Shown here in pieces: positions 53,130 through 64,000 of a DNA stretch of 64,000 bases. The notes beneath the pieces were generated by a model, which did no database searches, was not told where the DNA came from, and was given only the letters and a program-made list of their open reading frames with translations. The stretch is from positions 857,832,001 through 857,896,000 of the forward strand of contig NW_027362762.1 in NCBI RefSeq assembly GCF_046119375.1. Reading direction: 5' to 3'. The position numbers and the translations under genes were made by a program. The stretch is from Phyllobates terribilis (lineage: Eukaryota). Each line of letters opens with the position of its first letter. The stretch's first letter is position 1.

Positions 53130-55570
53130 TACCCAAAAATGACACCATTCTAAAAACTGCACCCCTCAAGGTGCTCAAAACCACATTCAAGAAGTTTATT
53201 AACCCTTCACGTGCTTCACAGGAATTTTTGGAATGGGGAAGAAAAAAATGAACATTTAACTTTTTTCACAAAAATGTTACTTTAGACACCAATTTTTTAT
53301 TTTTAAGGGGTAACAGGAAAAAATGAACCCCAAAATTTGTTGTGCAATTACCCCTGAGTACGCAGATACCCCATATGTGGGGAAAAAACCTTGGGCGCAC
53401 ATCAGGGCTCAGAAGGGAAGGAGCGCCATTTAACTTTTTGAATGTAAAATTTGCTTGAGTAATTAGCGGACGCCATGTTGCGTTTGGAGAGCCCCTGATG
53501 TGCCTAAACAGTGGAAACCCCCCACAAGTGACACCATTTTGGAAACTAGACCCCTCAGGGAACTTATCTAGATGTGTGGTGAGCATCTTGAACCCCCAGG
53601 TGCTTCACAGAAGTTTATAACATGGAGCCGTGAAAATAAAATTTTCACATTTTTCCCACAAAAATGTTTTTCAGCCCCGAGTTGTGCATTTTCATAAGGG
53701 TAACAGGAGAAATTGCACCATGAAACTTGTTGTGCAATCTCTCCTGAGTAAGCCGATACCCCATATGTGGGGAAAAACCACTGTTTGGACGCACAGTAGG
53801 GTTCGGAAGGGAAGGAGCGCTATTTGACTTTTTGAATGTAAAATTTGCTTGAATAATTAGTGGACGCCATATTGCGTTTGGAGAGCCCCTGATGTGCCTA
53901 AACAGTGGAAACCCCCCACAAGTGACACCATTTTGGAAACTAGACCCCTCAGGGAACTTATCTAGATGTGTGGTGAGCATCTTGAACCCTCAGGTGCTTC
54001 ACAGAAGTTTATAACATGGAGCCGTGAAAATAAAATTTTCACATTTTTCCCACAAAAATGTTTTTCAGCCCCCAGTTGTGCATTTTCATAAGGGTAACAG
54101 GAGAAATTGCACCATGCAACTTGTTGTGCAATCTCTGCTGAGTAAGCCGATACTCCATATGTGGGGGAAAACCACTGTTTGGGCGCACGGCAGGGTTCGG
54201 AAGGGAAGGAGCGCCATTTGACTTTTTGAATCTAAAATTTGCTTGAATAATTAGCAGACGCCATGTTGCGTTTGGAGAGCCCCTGATGTGCCTAAACAGT
54301 GGAAGCCCCCCACAAGTGACACCATTTTGGAAACTAGACCCCTCAGGGAACTTATCTAGATGTGTGGTGAGCATCTTTAACCCCCAGGTGCTTCACAGAA
54401 GTTTATAACATGGAGCCGTGAAAATAAAATTTTCAAATTTTTCCCACAAAAATGTTTTTCAGCCCCCAGTTGTGCATTTTCATAAGGGTAACAGGAGAAA
54501 TTGCACCATGCAACTTGTGCAATCTCTCCTGAGTAAGCTGATACCCCATATGTGGGAGAAAACCACTGTTTGGGTGCACGGCAGGGTTCGGAAAGGAAGG
54601 AGCACCATTTGACTTTTTGAATCTAAAATTTGCTTGAATAATTAGCGGACGCCATGTTGCGTTTGGAGAGCCCCTGATGTGCCTAAACAGTGGAAACCCC
54701 CCACAAGTGACACCATTTTGGAAACTAGACCCCTCAGGGAACTTATCTAGATGTGTGGTGAGCATCTTTAACCCCCAGGTGCTTCACAGAAGTTTATAAC
54801 ATGGAGCCGTGAAAATAAAATTTTCAAATTTTTCCCACAAAAATGTTTTTCAGCCCCCAGTTTTGCATTTTCATAAGGGTAACGGGAGAAATTGCATCAT
54901 GCAACTTGTTGTGCAATCTCTCCTGAGTAAGCCGATACCCCATATGTGGGGGAAAACCACTGTTTGGGCGCACGGCAGGATTGGGAAGGGAAGGAGCGCC
55001 ATTTGACTTTTTGAATGTAAAATTTGCTTGAATAATTAGCGGATGTGCCCATGATGTGCCTAAACAGTGGAAAACCCCCACAAGTTACACCATTTTGGAA
55101 ACTAGACCCCTGAGGAAAGTTATCTAGATGTGTCGTGAGCACCCTTAACCCCCAGGTGCTTCACAGAAGTTTAGAAAATGAAGCCATGAAAATAAAAAAA
55201 TCTAACTTTTTCCACAAAAATGATCTTTTTGCCCCAATTTTTTTAGTTTCACAAGGGTAAGAGGAGAAAATGGAACCTAAAAACTGTTGTGCAATTTCTC
55301 CTGAGTACACCAATACTGCATATGTGGGGAAAATACACTGTTTGGGCGCACGTCAGGGTTCAGAAGGGAAGGAGCACTGTGTGACTTTTTGAACGCAAAA
55401 TTGCCTGGAATCAAGAGAGGACACCATGTCGCAATTCGGGAGCCCCTGATGTGCCGAAATAGTGGAAACCCCCCACAAGTGACCCCATTTTGGAAACTAG
55501 ACCCCTCAAGAATTTTATCAAGGGGTATAGTGTACATTTTGAACCCAAAGGTACGACAGAATTTGATAAC
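53130..55570. repeat. ~394-bp tandem array, ~6-7 units, inside the piggyBac-like element
   Basis: cacaagtgacaccattttggaaactagacccc recurs at ~53523, 53917, 54311, 54702, 55080 and 55474; explains the repeated MLTTHLDKFP ORFs. Confidence 0.92.
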
Positions 55571-55600
55571 ATTAGGTCAACATATTGAATAAGTTGTCAT

Positions 55601-55900
55601 TAGTCTTGAGCGCAAGTGCTCGCTACTTGAGTTTGCATCGGGTACTCGGGTATGCACCAAGAATCGCGGGTGCTCGAATGACATGCTCGAGTCCCCACCC
55701 CGCATGTTTCACGGTTGTTAGACACCCCAAAAAAAAAAAAGGGGATCACTCGTGCATGGCAGGCGATCCCAGCAACTTTTTTTTGGCTGCGAAGCATATG
55801 GGGCAGAGACTCGAGCATGTCACTCGAGCACCTGCGATATTCAGTGCATACCCGAGTACCCGATGCAAACTCAAGTAGCGAGCACTTGCACTCAACACTG
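55601..55900. mobile_element. MITE (tagtgttgagcg-type TIR) followed by CCCTAA-variant repeats to ~56007
   Basis: agtgctcgctacttgagtttgcatcgggtactcgggtatgc is inverted at 55846-55885. Confidence 0.8.
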
Positions 55901-58344
55901 GTCGCCATATTGTCATCATTTTTTTTTTCTTTACTTTTGAAAAACCCCAACCCTAGCCCCAACCCTAATACAACCCCAACCCTAACCATAGCCCAACCGT
56001 AACCCTAGAGTTTATTTTTTTACACCATTCCTCGCGTGGTATAAGTGATTAGACTACTTTATTCTTCGGGTCGGTGCGACTACAGAGATTCCAGAATCAT
56101 ATGGAGTTTTTAGGACTGACAGCTGTCACACACTAAAAGACGCTTTTTTTGCAAAGACTAGTGTTTGCATTACAATATTTTGAAAGCTATAATTTTTCCA
56201 TATTTTGGCCGACAGAGTTATGTGATGGCTTGTTTTTTTGCGGGACAAGTTGACGTTTTTATTGGTACCATTTTTGGGCGCATGACGTTTTTTGATCGCT
56301 TTCTATTCTGATTTTTGGGAGGCAGAATAAACAAAAATCAACAATTCAGGAATTGTTTTTTTGCGTTTTTTTTTATGCCGTTCCACATGTGGTAAAATTG
56401 ATAATGCAGCGTTATTCTTCGGGTCAGTGCATTTACAGCGGTATCGCATTTATATAGTTTTTTTTATGTTTTGCTGCTTTTACACAATAAAAACGATTTT
56501 CTAGAAAAAATAATTTTTTTGTATCGCTTTATTCTGAGAGCTATAACTTTTTTTTTTCCCGGACAATGGAGCTGTATGGTGGCTTGTTTTTTGCAGGACA
56601 AGATGACGTTTTTAGCGGTACCATTTTTATTTACATTCGTCTTTTTCATCGCGTGTTATTCCATTTTTAGTTTGGCGGTATGATGGTAAAGCATTGTTTT
56701 TTGCTTCTTCTTTTTTTTTTTTTTACCGTGTTCACTAAAGGGGTTAACTAGTGGGACAGTTTATAGGTCAGGTCGTTCCGGACACGGCGATACCAAATAT
56801 GTGTACTTTTATTGTTTTTGTTTTTTTTCATAATAAATAAATATTATGGGCTCAATATATTTTTATTTTTGGGGGATTATTTTTTTCTTTTCTTTTTTTA
56901 TATTTTTACAATTTTTTTTTAATATTTTTTTTCACTTTTCTACTTTTTTTTTTACATTTACACATTGTCGCACTATGGGACTTTCACTTTTTGCAGCCTG
57001 ATTGGCTGCATGGCATAGAGAGCAGCAGCTCTCTTTGGCATGCAGCCTGTCAGCGCTGCACACAGGGGAAACATTACTTTGGTCGCGCACTGCGCATGAC
57101 CAAAGGAACGTCCTGCCTCCTGGTGACCCGGATGTTGTCATGACGACATTGGGTCATCATGGCAACATCCGGAAGCCGCCGCAGACATCGCTGGACGCCG
57201 GCAGGAGAGGTGAGTATACCGATCACCTCCCCCCTTGCCATAACAATGCCGCGATCGACCTCGATCGCAGCATTGCGGGGGTTAATGTGCCGGGAGCGGT
57301 GCGAGACCGCTCGCAGCACATAGCACTGGGTGTCAGCTTTGACAATCAGCTGACACCCGGTGGCCATCACCCCGCACCGCTTGTGTGCGGGTGCGATCGC
57401 AGCGCGCGTAATAATACGTAGCTGGTCCATAAGTCCCAGGGCACAGCTACGTACTATTACTGACAAAGTCAGAAAGGGGTTCAATTTCCCAGAGGAGCAT
57501 TGCACGGCGAATAAGCCTCCTTACCTCAACATTCCAGAGCTGGTATGTCACTCTCCACAAGGAGAAACGTTACCCCTTAGACCTGGCAAAACTAAAGCAT
57601 TTTTCCCACAATTTCTAAAAATCACATAAAAAACACCACATGACCACAATATATGAATAAACCCTAAGTGAATGTCCACTTATTAACATACTATTTTTGT
57701 ATAAAATATTTTATGGCAATTAATAGTATAAAATATCTTCAAATCTGCACCACATCTGCATGTAAAACAAGTGGATTTGCAACTCAGTTCTGTTTCACCA
57801 GTTATGCTTTGATAACTTTCCTACATTGCCAAATCCACTTTGCTCTGCTTCACCGACTCCACAATGCTGAGTCTCCTCTGCTCCGTTGTGAATTACAACT
57901 ATGTTACTCCTGTTGCCATAATCTCAATTCTGCTTCATTAGTTCCTGCTTGCTCCTTCTATTTCTGTTCTGCTTGATGACCAAGTGCTATTCCACTTGGA
58001 TCTCTCTGCTGCACAAACGTCATTTGTCCGTGCTGCATAACTACTGCACATCTTAACCAAGGATTTAAAAGATCCACCTCACTAGTGAGACATAACATTA
58101 GCAAAATCTGATTCACAACCTTGATACTGTAATATGCAACAGATATTCCACAAGCAAATCTGTTGCATATTCACAAATGGGAACCTACTTTTAGAATTAA
58201 ATCTTGGAGACTTATCAATAAAATTCCATCTATTTCTACCAACTTGTCCTTTCCACTGGATGATCTTGCACTTACACATCTTTGGAGTAGTTTGAGGGGT
58301 ACTACTTACAAATCCCTTCATGTCTTGATACTCCTAACTGGTAT

Positions 58345-58566
58345 TGGTCCTGGATTCAAATCCCACCAAGGACAACATCTGCAAGGAGTTTGTATGTTCT
58401 CCCCGTGTTTGTGGGGGTTTCCTCTAGGTTCTCCGGTTTCCTCCCACACTTCAAAAGACATACTGATAGGGAATGTAGATTGTGAGCCCCAAAGGGGACA
58501 GTGATGATAATGTCTGTAAAGCGCTGAGGAATTAATGGCGCTATATAAGTGAGTAAAATAAATAAA
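58345..58566 (+). mobile_element. V-SINE-like tRNA-derived SINE, 5'-truncated
   Basis: B-box ggattcaaatccc; V-domain ttctccccgtgtttg...ccggtttcctcccacac; L2-like tail tgtaaagcgctg...gcgctatataa. Confidence 0.8.
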
Positions 58567-58905
58567 AGTATTGTCCCACACAGCTGAAGAGTAAGGAGAG
58601 CAGGAGGATTTCCATCCCAATGAGTACCTACATAGTTGATATGCCCACTCTTTCATAACCACACTTGGTGAGCTTCCTTTTAAGACTTCTTTGCTTCCCT
58701 TTTCTGAACGAACTCACACTATTTGCGCACATTTTTGTCTAGTTTCTTATATGTCCTTCAACTAAGCATCTACTGTATACAGACATTAAATAATGTCTAA
58801 GCTCCATGGATTTAGATTTGATATCATAACACAAATATCTTATGAAGAGGGGAGATTTATTGTATCGTTTGGGTAATGTTTAGTGTGGGGGGAGATTTAT
58901 TGTAT

Positions 58906-59713
58906 TTTCTAACATACAATGTGACACCTCCTCCTCGTTTATCAAGTCTGTTTCTTGCAAATAAGTTGTATCCTTTTAGCCTTTTATTCCAATCATGTGT
59001 ATCGTCCCACCAAGTTTCAGTGATTCCAATGACATCATATTTCTTTTCCTGCATTAGTAGTTCGAATTCTCCTTGTTTGTTGCCCATGCTTTGTGCATTT
59101 GTATAAAAACATTTTAGTTTGTGATTGGTTTCTCTTCCTCCCATATTTTTATTATTTAAATTGTTTTGTCTTTGTTCTTCCTTTCCACTTCCAGTAGCAG
59201 AGATCTCAATAGTATTTGTCAGCTGTATGGCTTTTTCTGGCCTTTTGCTTCCCTTCCCACATTGTTCTAGTTTAAAGCTCTCCTGATGAGTGTAGCAAGG
59301 CGACTTCCAAATACATGTTTTCCAGTCTTTGTAAGGTGCACCCCATCTCTAGCAAGTAGTCCATCGTATAGGTAATTCATTCCGTGATCCAGAAATCCAA
59401 ATCCTTGTTGACGGCACCATCGACGTAGCCAGTTGTTCACCTGTAGAATCTTATTCCACATCATTGTTCCATGGCCATCCACTGGGAGGATGGATGAGAA
59501 GACCACCTGCGCTCCCAATTCTTTCACTTTCTTGCCTAAGTCTTCAAAGTCACTGCAGATGGTTCCCAGGTCCTTTCTTGCGGTGTCATTTGTCCCCACA
59601 TGTATTAGCAGGAATGGGTAGTGATCTGTAGGTCTGAAGAGTCTTGATATCCTGTCAGACACATCTTTAATTTTTGCTCCTGGAAGACAGCACATTTCTC
59701 TTGAGGTTATGTC
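58906..59713 (-). mobile_element. Internal CR1 LINE fragment: ORF1 esterase plus ORF2 APE N-terminus
   Basis: CLPGAKIKD, IHVGTND, RDGVHL (SGNH esterase); KCFYTNAQSMGNKQ...IGITETWW (APE). Confidence 0.9.
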
Positions 59714-59896
59714 TTAGTGTGGGGGAGATTTATTGTATGGCTGGGGTAATATTTAGTGTGTGGGCAGATGTATTGTATGGATGGTGTAATATTTAGTGTG
59801 GGGGAGATTTATTGTATGGTTGGGGAAATATTTAGTATGGGGGACATTTATTGTATGGTTGAGGTAATATTTACTGTGGGGGCAGATTTATTGTAT

Positions 59897-60456
59897 TGAG
59901 AAAGCAAGCAAAGATGTCTCCAGCAGGACCAGGGTTGTATATATCTTGTTAAAACTTCACTTTTAATTTCAAATTATAAAAGCCAAGGATGAGTTACAGA
60001 ATGAGCAATATAGCGGCTCTTAGGTACAGCACATTCCAACGCGTTTCGGCTAAACCTTATTCATGGAATAATGTGAGAACTAAGCCTACTAGCTGAAGTT
60101 AAATAAAAAACACTTCTTGGTGATTGCTTCAGGTGTTGGACCACAGCCCAGAGGAGAATTAACCCATTATTGGCAGCTAAAATTAACTACAGCAAAAAAG
60201 CACAAAAACTACATAAAATTGGACATGAGATAGAATGGAATACAAAATTAGTGGAAATACAAAATGAGTGAGAGATACATGCAGAAACAAAAACAAAAAG
60301 ATCTTTATGCCGTGGAGCAGTAAAACACATAATAATGATCATAATAATCACTAAGCATCCTTTATGTCTGGTGAGCATGACTGTTTAAACACCATTAGAG
60401 TATGAATATAGTTAGTATATGTAGTCCCATTAAAAAAAAAATAAAATATCTTTGAG

Positions 60457-60488
<32 letters not shown>

Positions 60489-60620
60489 TCTTTTTTTCTT
60501 TCCCTTTTATGGAAAAAAGATGCAAAAGTCATAAATATAAGCATTGAACAATAAAGCAGTTAAACAGTTAGACATGGTGAGCTGACATACGTTTTCCCTT
60601 TCCCTTTCCCCTTGTTTTTT
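59897..60620 (-). mobile_element. Penelope-type pLTR/3' UTR fragment inserted in the minisatellite
   Basis: Hammerhead variant at 60034-60068 (minus: UUCC AUGAAUA a gg-uuuag-cc GAAAC gc GUU GGAA); poly(A) tracts. Confidence 0.55.
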
Positions 60621-62060
60621 CAGATTTATTGTATGGCTGGGGTAATATTTAGTGTGTGGGCAGATGTATTGTATGGATGGTGTAATATTTAGTGTGGGGG
60701 AGATTTATTGTATGGTTGGGGAAATATTTAGTGTGGGGGAGATTTATTGTATGGTTGGGGAAATATTTAGTGTGGGGGAGATTTATTGTATCGTTGAGGT
60801 AATATTTACTGTGGGGGCAGATTTATTGTATGGTTGGGGTAATGTTTAGTGTGGGGGGAGATTTATTGTATGGTTGGGGTAATGTTTAGTGTGGGGGGAG
60901 ATTTATTGTATGGTTGGGGTAATATTTAGTGTGGGGGAGATTTATAGTATGGTTGGGGTAATGTTTAGTGTGGGGGGAGATTTATTGTGTGGTTGCGGTA
61001 ATATTTAGTGTGGGGGAGATTTATTGTATGGTTGGGGAAATATTTAGTATGGGGGACATTTATTGTATGGTTGAGGTAATATTTACTGTGGGGGCAGATT
61101 TATTGTATGGTTGGGGTAATATTTAGTGTGGGGGAGATTTATAGTATGGTTGGGGTAATGTTTAGTGTGGGGGGAGATTTATTGTGTGGTTGCGGTAATA
61201 TTTAGTGTGAGGGAGATTTATTGTATGGTTGGGGTAATATTTAGTGTGGAGGGAGATTTATTGTATTATTGAGGTAACATTTAGTGTGGGGGAGATTTAT
61301 TGTATGGTTGAGGTAATATTTAGTGTAGGGGAAGATTTATTGTATGGTTGGGGTTATATTTAGTGCTGGGGCTGATTTATTGTATGGTTTAGGTAATATT
61401 TAGTGTGGAGGTTGATTTATTGTATGGTTGGGGTAATATTTAGTGTGGGGGAGATTTATTGTATGGATGGTGTAATATTTTGTGTGGGGCAGATTTATTG
61501 TATGGTTTAGGTAATATTTAGTGTGGAGGGAGTTTTATTGTATGGCTGGGGTAATGTTTAATGTGGAGGGAGATTTATTGTATGGTTGGGGTAATATTTA
61601 GTGTGGGGGCAGATTTATTGTATGGTTGGGGTAAAATTTAGTCTGGGGGCAGATTTATTGTATGGTTGGAGTAACATTTAGTGTGGGGGAACATTTATTG
61701 TATGGATGGTGTAATATTTTGTGTGGGGCAGATTTATTGTATGGTTTAGGTAATATTTAGTGTGGAGGGAGTTTTATTGTATGGCTGGGGTAATGTTTAA
61801 TGTGGAGGGAGATTTATTGTATGGTTGGGGTAATATTTAGTGTGGGGGCAGATTTATTGTATGGTTGGGGTAAAATTTAGTCTGGGGGCAGATTTATTGT
61901 ATGGTTGGAGTAACATTTAGTGTGGGGGCAGATTTATTGTATGGTTGGGGTGATATTTAGTGTGGGGGAAGATATATTGTATGGTTGGGGGAATATTTAG
62001 TGTGGGGGAGATTTATTGTATGAGGGCAGATTTATTGTATTGCTGGGGGGAGATTTAGCG
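60621..62060. repeat. 39-bp minisatellite (atttagtgtgggggagatttattgtatggttggggtaat), ~37 units, with further units at 58842-58905 and 59714-59896
   Basis: Direct periodicity. Confidence 0.95.
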
Positions 62061-63386
62061 TGTGGACAGATTTATTGTGTGGTTGGGGGGAGATCTAATG
62101 TGGGGAGAGAGGTGGGGGAGATTAAGTGTGGGCGGATGGCTGCAGATACAGCATGGTCTGTGGGGGATTGGTGTGGACACAAAATGGGAACGATAGAGGA
62201 GCATACACAATGTGGGGAGCGAAGCAGGGGAATGTATGCAGACAGAGTATGGTGAGTGGGGGAAAGGGTGCAGACCCAGTATGAGGAATTGGGGGAATGT
62301 TTGAGGGGTTAAATATATGAGGAGACAGTATGGTTCACAGGGGGGATGTGAGAGGAGACAGTATGAGGAGGAAGGGGGACTATTGAGGGGAATAGTATGG
62401 GGAGAAAAGTGTGAGTGGACACAGAATAGAGACTGAGTAGTGTTGGGAGGTAGCATGGGGGGACAGTATAATGGCACAGCCAGGAGGGGACAGTAAGCCA
62501 AAGAGGGGGAGTGTGATGAGGGGGTACAGTATAGAGACTGGGCCCTAAAGGGGACACAGTGTGAGAAGACAGTGTGTAGAGGGGGCCCAGTTTGGAAAGG
62601 AGGGGGTAGTGTGAAGAGCATGTACCATAAGAGGGAAGGTGGTCATATTTTGTGAGGGAGTATAGTGAGGGGCAATTATTTATTCAGGGCCTCAGCATAG
62701 GGCAGATATTTTTATTCAGGAGCATTATAATGACACTGCTATCTTTCAGGGCATCGTGTCGGGATGAGCTGCAGAAGACCGGAGAAGATGGAAGTCTGTA
62801 GAGACGAGCTGTGGATGAGAAAAGTCATCATGGCGTCTTGACAAGATGGAGATGAAAAGAAAGAGAACGATTTGAGAGACAATGTAATTTACAAGGTAAT
62901 AAACCAACCAAGAACACAACAGAGTGTGGGATTAAAAATATGTGATTTTTATTAAATATATATTAAACAAATAACAGCAAATCTATCATATAATCATTAA
63001 TAGCAAATCTATAGACAAAGTAACAGAAACAGTAAACACATGGCTAGAATCCTCCCCGCTCACCGGAATAAATATATATTAAGCCACTGATTACAATACC
63101 AAAAAGTAAGAATATCACAGCCTGTAATATACTCACGGTCAGGATTCAGCTCTGCTTGCAGGTTCCAGCAGTCATCACATGGCCACTTACTTCACTCATA
63201 CGATTTTCATACTTACGGTCATGTGACGAGTTTTTCTTCCTGCTTCTCTCAGTTTTTCACTGAACACAGAATTAGGGAGAGTAGCTCGTCAGCATGTGAC
63301 TAAGTGCGCAAATCGCATATGTGCTTGGGAGTGGGGTGCCAAATTGAAATCTTGCCCCGGATGCCAGAAAACCTAGATACACCTCT
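62060..63386. mobile_element. Right part of a hAT-like non-autonomous element that hosts the 39-bp array
   Basis: G-rich degenerate repeats ending ...cctagatacacctctg, resembling a cagagg-type TIR; left end not found. Confidence 0.45.
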
Positions 63387-64000
63387 GCTTTCAAGTAAAT
63401 TCAGAATAAGCCATCATATGTGTGTACATGAGGAATAACACTATTTCTGAACAATATATGACTTGTATCCTGCATTTTTCATCAGTTTTCCCCTTGGCAG
63501 GCTAAATCTTTAATTTGCAATTGCCTTTGAGCTAGTTGGGGGAGACTTTCTGCTATGATGCTTTCTGCACACACAGAACAGGATCCCTGCTTTTCTTTCC
63601 TTGGGTAGCACACAGACAGAAGCAACAAAGACATGGAGGAAATTACATGGTAGTATGGATCAGTGTAGCTGTGAATCCAGCTCTGGCATAATCTAATATA
63701 CTTATTAGAATGATGCAGAGCTATGCTTATATCTTGCTCTGCTTCCTTTTCCATAGACTTTAGTATGCTGTGTAACTTGACACCTCATTGTTCTGATAGT
63801 CCTTCTTGGATTGAACTATTTTTTCAGAGTAAAAATTATGGTTTCAAGAGAAGGAAGAAGGGAGAAGTAGCTCATAAATGGAGAAAGATACAAATATAAA
63901 TGATAGACACTATTGCAAAGATTATTTTATTTGCTTGTACTGTTCACTCATGCAAAGTTTGATGAAACTATAGTGCTTATTAGATTGTTCCACAGCAAGA

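Larger units (their letters stand above)
52643..57479. mobile_element. piggyBac-like non-autonomous element, copy 2 (4.8 kb)
   Basis: TTAA|cccctt ... aagggg|TTCA; the empty-site sequence is visible at 52295-52330. Confidence 0.88.
52156..57582 (+). mobile_element. Hammerhead retrozyme-like element (~332-bp unit, ~1.5 copies, inverted 5' tail), split by a piggyBac-like insertion
   Basis: gcaatttgcatattaa at 52295 and 52627; unit resumes at 57484; 52156-52217 is inverted relative to 52246-52310. Confidence 0.8.

Noticed and set aside
53130-55570. Repeated MLTTHLDKFP/MKIKFSHF ORFs, and a possible CRISPR-like array
   Set aside because: These are ~394-bp tandem units with no unique spacers; the ORFs are incidental.
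60621-62060. 39-bp periodic array resembling CRISPR repeat spacing
   Set aside because: Contiguous tandem units with no variable spacers and no cas genes, in a eukaryotic context.
63482-63754. 90-aa minus-strand ORF with protein-like composition
   Set aside because: No recognisable domain, an in-frame stop shortly upstream and no convincing splice sites.

Overview
Gene-poor, repeat-saturated vertebrate DNA, most likely a frog (anuran) intron or intergenic region. This is inferred from the repeat families, not verified. Almost every ORF in the track is transposon-derived or an artefact of tandem repeats. The window holds: at least eight Tc1/mariner copies or fragments, two of them young and nearly intact; an Ngaro-type tyrosine-recombinase retrotransposon with an SGNH hydrolase ORF; three Penelope-like (Neptune-type, GIY-YIG) elements; L2, CR1 and Tx1/L1 LINE fragments; a V-SINE; several solo LTRs; many Harbinger-, T2/Kolobok-, hAT- and piggyBac-like non-autonomous elements; several minisatellites and an interstitial telomere-like array. 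Insertions are deeply nested, and many junctions resolve exactly by their target-site duplications (TSDs). The most notable signal is self-cleaving RNA motifs. A 742-bp non-coding insertion (6240-6981, 13-bp TSD) consists of 431-bp tandem units, each folding as an HDV-like ribozyme. There is also a ~332-bp hammerhead tandem unit and a series of hammerhead variants with covarying core positions 3/8. Unrelated MITE families also share a CRE/E-box core flanked by outward-facing 5' splice-site consensus motifs. No host gene could be identified confidently. All alignments and RNA folds were done by eye.
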